A stretch of DNA of 64,000 nucleotides from Camelus ferus (Eukaryota): positions 44,456,001 through 44,520,000 of the forward strand of contig NC_045697.1 in the NCBI RefSeq assembly GCF_009834535.1, given 5' to 3'. The stretch's first letter is position 1; the number at the start of each line of letters is the position of its first letter. The translations under genes were made by a program, and so were the position numbers. The notes under the pieces are model-generated. The model did not search any database, was not told the origin of the DNA, and saw nothing but the letters and a program-made list of their open reading frames with translations. Shown here in pieces: positions 54,701 to 64,000 of the stretch.

Positions 54701-56264
54701 GTACCTTTTTTTTTTTTCCCACTGTCTTCTCCCTTCCTGGTTTTCTAAAGTCCTCGGCAAAAAACGCAGTCAGACACAAAAGCCTTTATGCCTGGACAAC
54801 TACGGTTTATTTGGTGCCTCCTAACTCTAACATCCCAAGACGATGTGTGGTTCTTTATAAGCACATGCTTCGGGGAACATGTAGGCTGTCCAGCTCTGCT
54901 CCTCCCGCCTCGGCTTCAGGCCGAATGTTTTTCAGTATTTTGAGTAAGTTTCGCCTCCACCTCTTCGTTTTTCCAGTATGCACTATCGCACAACAACTTG
55001 CTTACGTAGTCTCTACTTTACAGCTTACAGAACCAATTGGCCCTGGTGAAATTTCCCAAATCGCCTGTTGGTGCGTTGGTTTTGCTCCTCGGGCTTTCCT
55101 TAAGTTCCTTGTGGGCTGGGCCTGCACTTGACTGGAGCTGTTCTGCCTCCGCCTTGCTGACTGCCCTTCCCCCACCCCGCCGAGTTACTCTGACCGCGCA
55201 CCTTTTTCGCGCCTTCAGCTATTTGGGTCCCCAACTGTTCGTATAGGTTGTACTCCTGCTTTACGTTTTCTGTGCAATTTCCATTTTTTAACCAACACTC
55301 CCACCCCACCTCGTGCCCAGGATCCTTTTTTTGGTCTCTCTTGATTTCTCCTTCCCGCTCTCTCACTCATTCAAGTCGAAAGAGGCCCACTAGCCTTGTA
55401 CCATAAAATGAACAAATCCTGTATTGTGCCATGGCATTTTTTTCTTTTTTGCAGGTTTTTAAGTAGTAATTTGCTTTCTCCAATTGGAATACGTTGTATA
55501 TATTATTTAACGCTGCATTTATTTATTAGAGCATATTGGGAGCGGGAAGCATAATACAGGAGTTAGCAGGAGGGACTAAATCGGGGTTCTTGATTGGGTT
55601 TTCTTGTTCCCGTTACTGACTGCTGATCTTGGGTTAACGCTTCCATTACTTTTTGTAATTGGTTGTGTGTATGAAACTTTTTTCACTCTAACAAGGAGAA
55701 AGGTGTTGGTGGAAGGTAAAAGCAATAAAATGTTGCTTTAACCCAATATTAGAAAATACGATTTCTTTTTTTGGAAAAAGGCACAAGCTTTGGAGGGGTG
55801 AGAGAAGCTCTTCGGAGTATAGGATTTAATAATCTCAGCCTAGGCAGACTCCTGTCAGGCTGTTTTGCCGATTGTGCTGGCTTTGGGAGAGTGGAGGTGG
55901 GATGGGAAAGTAGTTTTTCTTAATTTATCTTTTTTCTTTCCTTAATTTATCTTGAATTACGTATACCTTAATTTAAGAAAGGGATATGTTAAATATTTGG
56001 GAACTTTAACATTTGGAAGCCTTTAACATTTTGGTTTTTGTTTTCTGAATTCTATTTTTTGGACAGAGGCACCAAAATGACTAACTGTATAACTTGCTGT
56101 GTGGGGCAAGCTTTCTGTTTGATTTTTCAAATCACAAAGCAGCTGCCTTTGTAGTTATGTGCTGTTGAACTGAACTGTAAATGAATTAAAGTTTTAACCC
56201 TAACAATGTCAAAAACTAAAACTAGAATTTTGATTGGTTGCTGTACCGGTTGTTAATTCCCTAG

Positions 56265-56321
56265 CCATTCAAACTCCTCCCCACGACACTCTGAAGCAGC
56301 GACGGCACAGCGGGAAGAATG
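56265..56321 (+). CDS. HNRNPD: HNRNPD alternative exon 2 (57 nt; HSNSSPRHSEAATAQREEW), present in p40/p45; later exons lie beyond the window
   Basis: CCCTAG|C CAT TCA AAC TCC TCC CCA CGA ... GAA TG|GTAAAA; phase 2-2, 19 codons. Confidence 0.95.
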
Positions 56322-57969
56322 GTAAAACTTTTAAATTTTATTTTTGTCTTATAAAGGTTTCAGTAGTCATGCAGAGGCTGTGTACTGGTTAGTTGCCCAC
56401 TGATCCCCAGGAAATTCTAGACTTTAGTACAATAGGATGTTTTATACCTGGGATATAAAACCTTTTTAGGCATCTTGTGTGATCTTTGGGCAAAATTGAT
56501 GCTATTACATGGTTTTTGGTCTGTGGTAATGCATGTAAGTGTGGTTTGGGCTATTAAAGCTTAATGTAATTAGTAATGATATTTGTATATCTGGGCAAGA
56601 AAAATATTACTGTAATTTTAAATTTGATTTGTTTTTAAGACGAAGGTATTTTTGTTAACTAACTGATGCTATATGTGAAGGTTATTTGATACAAAGTATT
56701 TTGTGTTTAAAATGTCTTGCATGTTATACTGAAATATTCTGGAGATGTCAGTAGTAAAATAATTTTAAGTAGTGTGTGTATGTATGCAAAAATGAAGTCT
56801 TTTATCGCCAACCATATTTGTAAATAGAACTTCAGTAAGAATTGCATATGTATTATTAGAGGCGCTGATGTGGCTTTCCACTACAGCTTAAATCAGATTT
56901 TTAAATTTAAGTGTGATTTGGCTGGAATGTTAATTACAGTTGGTTGGTTGACGTGTGTTTCACAATTGCATGACTTCTTGGAAGGCTGGTAGATTGAATA
57001 TTCTTTTTTCCTTTCCTTTCCCCTAAATGTTGGTATTTGAGTTTGTGTCCACCAACACTGGAGTTTAAAGAGCCAGTAACTTCCAGAGAGTTGACTTACA
57101 TCTGTACAAACTATATTCTACTTTAAGAGCCCAGTTGAGATAACATTTAAATTTTACAGAAGTTTATTGCTATTATTTTCTTTCACTGAAATTTGTCCAG
57201 TTTTATATTGGAGATAAAACAGTGGAACCAGTAGGCAAAAGAACAAAAAAACCTGTCGTCGTAGTTTGACATACAGAATATGTGTTTTTGAAGGAAACGA
57301 TTCTATTTGTCACTGTGATAGTTCAATTTCACTGCTAGGTAATAGTGGAAACTAAATAATAAAAACTGTGCTTTACTACATTACATATCTCAAATCTTAT
57401 ATAAGCACTTATTTTCATTAATTTGAAAAGCACTGTAAACTTAGGTTTAAAGGTCACTGTTTTGACTCTTGGAATATTTATATGTGGTCTGCTACCTTGA
57501 GTGACCTCTTAGGAAAACTGGACAATTAAATATTTATAGTTAATGAACATTTTAGATTATGAAGTTCACTTAAGTGAGTTTACATTTAACAAATTTAGCA
57601 AATAATATTTTCATTTTTAAAGTTTAGTATTTGGCTTAACCACTACTGCCCAGTCAGTTATCCTCATCCTGTAGATGTTCTTGTTTTCTTCTTGAACACA
57701 CACAAAAAACTTAAGTCCTTTAATCTTTCTGATGTCTGTGCACTTGCCTCCCACCCCAATCTTTTCTTCTCTGTCTCCCAGTTTGAGGGAAGTTTGGCAG
57801 AAGTTTCATAATGATCAGTGGTGAGGTTAATTAAGACTGGTTACTAGATACAAAGTGATCTAAATTTATTAAAGACACACTGTGCGTTTCTTTTTAGTTT
57901 TAATGAGACTAAAGTGATGACAGTTTCATCCTAAAAATATTTTAAAATGCTTTTGTTGTAGACTTAAGT

Positions 57970-58064
57970 TTTTTTGTTTGTTTTTTTGGTGGAGGTACTG
58001 GGGATAAACCAGGCCCTCTTGCATGCTAAGTTTGAACTCTACCACTGAGCTATTACCCTCCCCC
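57970..58064 (-). mobile_element. tRNA-Ala-derived SINE (Vic-1-like) in HNRNPD intron 2
   Basis: Duplication CTTAAGT (57963-57969, 58065-58071); SINE body GGAGGTACTGGGGAT...CTCTACCACTGAGCTA. Confidence 0.85.
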
Positions 58065-61000
58065 CTTAAGTGTTTTTTTTTTTAAAACATAAGAATAAAC
58101 TGCTATTTTGAGGATGACATGCCTGTTACATCTCTAGTGGAGTGTGGTGTTTCCACAATTTACTGTGGACTTATAGAGTATTTTCAGAGTAAAATGTCTT
58201 CATGAGTTCACCTCATTATATGCTTTCCAACTTTTAACATCCCCAGTTTTTACTTAAAAGCAGTTGCACTGGGATTTCTCATTTTGGTGTGAACTCACTA
58301 TGTCCTGTAAGGGCTATGATTCTTTAGGGTAGGTTCTTTAAAATATACTTACTGTCTGGCAAAATGTGCATGCCATATAGCCAGCTACCTGGAGGCAGAG
58401 ATTTTAAAATCTCATGATCAGTGGAGAACTATAATATTGTGTTAGCTTTCAGACAGTTTTACAAGGTAGGTACTTTGACTTGCCTCCATTGGATGAAGCA
58501 GGAAGCAGAATAATCCCATTCATTTATCAGCCAAAGTACAGCAATACTTTTCTAATAGGACAGTTGATCTAGTCCTGTTACCATTAGTGTATAAACTCAA
58601 GTGTGATTCTTTCTGTTTGAGAATTTTGTGAATTAATTGTGCTATAGGTTTTCTCTTGTCCAGTTTTTAAGAAACAGGCCTACCCACCACGTTTTTATTT
58701 TAAATATTTGAGATTAAAATCTATGGCCCAGTGCTTCTGGGGCATTTTGAAATTGTTTCATAAAACAGTTAACTTTTAGATAAAGCAGTCTCATGCCAAT
58801 ATACTGGCCTTTGATTCAGTAAGTTGGATTTATTGTAAAGTTGAGATCTTGAGTAGGTGGGTCTGAATTTTGGCATTCTTTGGAACCTTTGACAAGTTTC
58901 CAAGCTTAAAATTGCAGAAATAGATGCCCCCAGATCTTGAGATAATGAACACGTAAAGGAGGAATACTTACATTCCTTTTTATTTCAAGTTCTTATCTAT
59001 TACGAAAGATTAAAAGTCACCTGATCTTTGGAATTGTAGAATATTATTGAAGTTTTTCAGTGCTGCTTTTTGAGATAAGTATACTTTTGGCTGCTTCTAT
59101 AAATTAAGGGTATATATACTTTGTATTTTTAATGTTCCCTGGGTATTCTGACATCTGTGAGGGTGTCCTAATATAAGACAGTTTTCATTTTACTGTTGTA
59201 TATGATTTATGGCCAACATGGAAGATGATTAGTTTTAGCCTTTAAGTGATAATATGCCACGCTTGAAAGCATTAAAAAAGGAATAGAGTAATAACTCATT
59301 TCCTATTCCAATTAAAGCTGTGCACCTTGAGTGTGTGCAGATTCACAAATGGAGTGAAACAACTTCTGTTGAAGTTTTATTTGACTTTAGTTCTGCTTCA
59401 ACGTTTTAGTAGATAGGGCACTGAACTGGATGCTGGAAGCGTGGGATCTGTTTCTGTTACTTCACTTCCAACAGTGTGGTCTCAGGTAATATAACATGTT
59501 TGTTACTTGGTTTGCTGATCTATGTGTTGGAAACAATGCTCACCACAGGAAGATTGACTACATAGCCTGCTTTCATAGTTTGTGTGTATTTGTCCCCGTG
59601 CCTTAATAATTGATACTGCCAGTGGTTTACTCCTGTGGAGTAAAGGTAAGCATGTTTTAGTTTCTGGAGTATTATATTGTACATTGGAGCTAGACATTTA
59701 AGACTGTTTGGGGGTGGAGTGGGGAGACTCGTATTACTGGCAGTGCTTGGCGAATACTCAGAGTGATAGTTTAGGTCATGTTGTGTAAGCTCCTGCTTAT
59801 CTAGACTTTCAAAACTACCACAAAGCCCAAATAGCCAGGAAACCCAACTCCCATCTCCCCACCCCAAGTCTTAAGAGAAAGATAGATGAAAAACTGTCAG
59901 TATACTCAAAAAGCAACTAAAAGACAATGTCATAGAATGAATCTTCTATAATTTTCCTCTTATACTATTAAAAAGTAATGTGATTTTAAAGCAAGATTCT
60001 AAAATTCTATCAAAAACGGTGAAAATCATTTTCTGAGTTTAGTGTCAATACTTAAATTGATTTCTAATAGAAAACAATGTGTAGTAATCTCAGTTAACCA
60101 GAACCTTAACCTCTAGGTTAAGGAAAGCCTATTCCTTAACCTTTAGGTAGATGGGAGTTTACCTTGTAAAGCTGATTGAAAGTTTATTTTAAAAGTAAAA
60201 ATGAACAAGATGTCATTCCTGTCTGGGAATGAAACAGAAGGGGGAGATTTTAGGGTTCAACATTGAAGTTTATTAAAAAACTGATGTTTATTAGCTATTA
60301 TGTTTTCAACTTAGTTATCCTTTTCAGTCATTTAGGTTCAAAGTATGAAGAAATGAGATCTAATATATTAGCTAGAGGAATTAATCTTTTTTATTGACTT
60401 GTTAAAAGTTTGTTAAGCTGTTTCCAAAGTTACCTTTTACACAGATTCCTAAATGATAATATGTGAATACCATCTAGTTGCAAAAAGTAAACCTCACCTC
60501 AGCTTAGTTAACTACTGACTTAATTTTAAAATCTAAAATTTATAAGGAATAATTTCTTATCTGTTGGTGAGATTTTATTATACTTAATATCATTTTAGGA
60601 TTTTAAAGAAATTATAAAATACCAGAAACTTTTTAAAAAAGAATGTAGTATGTTTGAGTAGCATTACTCTAAAAAGTGATAGTGATTGACCAGTCACGTT
60701 ATATACTTGAAATGTATATCAGATTGACTTTTTTTTTGGTAGTTTTTAAACTGTCAGAATTTGTTATGAAACCACAAATGGAAGATCATGAGTTGTTAGA
60801 AAGTGTTTAAAAGTTACAGAATACATTTTTTTGTCCCTGTTCCAAAAGTGGGAAGAAATATAATAGTATTTATCATTTTACCTTGAATAAGGTGTTTCAC
60901 AGTAAGGACTTGATAGGGAAATATCTTTATATAAAAAATACTTCCTGTTTCTGGAGTGTTAAACCTAGTGACCTCAGTAGTATTGAGAACATAATTCTTG

Positions 61001-61407
61001 GATGGGAAAAAACGGTATTGGAACAGTTTCCACCAGTCAGCAGTGCTCCATATATATTGTGTTTTATATTTTGAAATTATTCCTTACTAAAGTTTTTGGC
61101 ATTTATGTAGAGTACAGACAAGCCATCAGTATGATTTTGGAACTACATTTTATTTAAGAGTCTTAGACAACTAAATTTCCAGTCTATATAGTTTTACACA
61201 GGATATTTAAGATTTCTGGGTTTTTTAAGTCTGGCATTAAAAATAATGCTAGGATCCATTTATATAAAACTCATCCTGGCTTTTTCCCCTTAATGTTGAA
61301 ACTTCATATAGCCCGTGCAGATTAAAAAAAAATTAAGCTGTTAAGAAAATGAAAAAATTGTTTTATTAAATTATATGTAGATTGTGCTCTACCTGTTCTA
61401 AATAATA

Positions 61408-61595
61408 ATTATTTTTATTGAGCACTTAGGATGTGTCAGACTATGTTCTGTGCCATTTAAATCCTTAGTACAGATTTATGAGGTAAACTCTTAGTCCTCT
61501 TTTTTACAGATGTAGAAAACAGTTTTGGAATTTTTTTTCCCTTAGGATCAGTTCTGGAGGAAGGATTTAGACCCCAGACAGTTTGGCTTACTGTC
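61408..61595 (-). mobile_element. MIR SINE remnant
   Basis: TTTATTGAGCACTTA...TTTTACAGATGTAGAAAACAG...GGATTTAGACCCCAGACAGTTTGGCT. Confidence 0.7.
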
Positions 61596-64000
61596 TCTAA
61601 ATTTACTTTCTCTAAAAGAGAATGACCTAAATTCTCATTTAGAGAGTTATGTGCACTGAGTTGTATAACTTTGCCTGCCATTTAATATTATAATATGGTA
61701 TAATATCAATATGTGTAAAGGCAAGGAGATTTCAGTTGTTGAGTAAGTGTTTTAAATTGAGTATTGTACTGTCTTTGGGGTGCTAAATAGCTTTACAGAC
61801 AGGATAAAGAAATTAAACTTTGTATAAAAAAGTTAAAAAGAAATTAAACTTTGTTAATGCTGTAAATGGAGTCCTACACTTTAATGGGGATTTTCAATTG
61901 ACTTGTAAGTAAGGATCAAGTTTTAAACTTACATTGCAGTATTAGGGGCCCATTTTTGCTAGTTGAATGAGTCCTCTTGTAGTTTTAACTTGACTGCTCA
62001 GGATTTTTCTAAAGTTCCAGCTCTGCTTCCTTGTAAAGTGTGCACATCTCTGCAGGGGTGAAGGCAACTTGAAAGTCAGTCTTTGTATTTAAGGTAGCAG
62101 AGGTAATCTGGCCAGACAATAGGTGGTGTACGTCAAGCAAGATACAGTAATATAAAATATAGAAAGTTTAAATTGGTATCATCTTGTACCATCTCATAAT
62201 TTGAGAGAGAGCATGTCAGAATGCTGGTGTTTCAGAGAGGCTAAAATAAGTTCCCATTTATCCAGAGTTAAGATAACAGACTTTTTCTTACGTATTATAC
62301 ATTTATATCTTGCTGTGCCTACTGAATGAAAATGGGGTGGATTTAATATGTTCCATTTAGTAAAGATGGAATGGATTTGATACAGTTTGTGTTCATTGTA
62401 GTATATCCAGTTGTCTGGTTGTTAGTTGTGCAGCACCCTTTATTAGAGCAGAAGGAAAAGAGTGCTTTTGGGCTGCCAAAATGGTAATGAATTTGTTTCA
62501 GAAAGATCCAGTTAAGCACTTGCTCAGAGGCTGTTTACTTTTACTTTACACAAAATTTGAAAAATTGAGTGCTAGCTACCTAGCTACAGAGTGGATGGGG
62601 GAAGCATTTTAGAACAGTAACTTCTGGTTAATCTAGCAAAAATGAAAACTGAAACTTGTTAAAAAAAGCTAAGAAATAAGATGCACTTGGTGTATTCATA
62701 AGTAATTCTCTAACTTCAGAAGACCCTATGGGCATGCTACAGTAGCATAATGTATTAGTGGTAACTGACCCAAAGAGTGTTAAATCATGATTACTGTATT
62801 TGATTAAGGCAGAAGAGTGTGTGATACATTGTAGGAAAAAAATTCATTCCAAGTGATTGAAGGTTAAAAAACAATTGGGAGAAAACCAAAAAAGGAGGGG
62901 AGCGATTAAGGAGAGCAGGCAGTGTTTGAAGAAAGGTGTAATAAATATTTGGCTCCTCATTCTCCAAAGGTGCTGGATAGCCGAAGTTTTACTACATATT
63001 TTGCTTTAAGTTTTTGAAAAACAGTAATCATTCTATGGAATATGTATAAATTATAGTTGACTAGAACACGTACTAAATTTCTGGGATTTGATTGTTAGTT
63101 GAGGCCTCTTCAGGGACCTTTTAACTCTAAGGTAGGTACATTTAATGACTTCTTTACTAAAGACTACATTGAATGTGTAAAAAGTTTCTTAAAGAACCCT
63201 TAATAGGCCAGGTGATGAATTAGTATGCTTATCTAATATTTAAGAAAACTGACTCCCAAAGTTGAGAAGAAATTTGGGGCTTGTGAATAATAGAACATGC
63301 CTCATTCTTGGTGTTACAATTTATTTCTTTGTAATTGTTTTTTATTTCTTAATTTTAAATTGACACAACCCAATAATAAACATTTTCTTGGTTGAATAAA
63401 ATCAAAATGAGTTCAGTCTCAATATCTGAGGAACAGACTAGACACAGGATTTTGTTGCCTTTCAATTTTAGCTTTTTAAAATAAGGCTTTTGTTACTTAC
63501 TCTCTTCAGGTTGAAATACTTTCCAGCTGTTAAACTATTGATGGAAAATATCTGTAATAATCACAGAAGTGGTAATTTAATAGTTATATTTCAATTTACT
63601 TGGAAGTTGTTTCTGTTGTAGAATTTTCCCTGAATATCTGAGCAAGAGGTCATTGCTTTATAGTCAGTTCTTTTTCTCATCTTTAAAAAGATAACAGTGT
63701 CCTCTTCACCTTGAAAGAGTAAATGTTGGTAATATACTTTCCATCTATGAAGGAAATGCTCTGGATCTTTAGGTTAAAAATAAGATGTTTAAGGGAATAC
63801 AGATTGGATATTCATTGGATATGGAAGAAAATGTAATTGAGAAAGTACCTCAACTTTTGTTCCATGGAATTGGCAGTAAACATTAAAAATACCTATACAA
63901 CATTATGGGTGTTTCCTTATGCTCATTTGACTGTAAAATACAAAAAGAGATAATAAATGGACATTTTATTAACAGAAGTCCTGAATGTTAAGCATATAAA

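Noticed and set aside
53083..55366. ORFs of 60-150 aa around the HNRNPD promoter
   Set aside because: GC-rich artefacts. A divergent non-coding transcript is plausible but cannot be shown from sequence alone.
61806..61854. 18-bp direct repeat AAAGAAATTAAACTTTGT
   Set aside because: Two copies in AT-rich intron; most likely a neutral local duplication and not an array.

Overview
Mammalian genomic DNA, not prokaryotic: there are no operons or CRISPR arrays. A tRNA-Ala-like SINE family suggests a camelid. The window covers the ENOPH1 / HNRNPDL / HNRNPD locus. ENOPH1 coding exons 1-2 lie on the minus strand (15358-15275 and 114-13), head-to-head with HNRNPDL across a CpG island. HNRNPDL is complete on the plus strand: seven coding exons total 1263 nt (420 aa), with an in-frame second ATG (301 aa), a 105-nt 3'UTR cassette exon predicted to trigger NMD, and two poly(A) signals. 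About 26 kb of transposon-rich spacer follows, including a near-full-length Tigger1, nested L1/LTR insertions and SINEs. The window ends with the promoter, exon 1 and 57-nt alternative exon 2 of the tandem paralog HNRNPD (AUF1). I found no evidence of a wholly new biological system. The most interesting observations are a core promoter inside HNRNPDL coding sequence whose initiator/YY1 module matches the HNRNPD start region, the NMD exon, and a probable L1 3' transduction inside a split MER5-type element. Repeat family names are from recalled consensus features and repeat boundaries are approximate; exon boundaries were read base by base.
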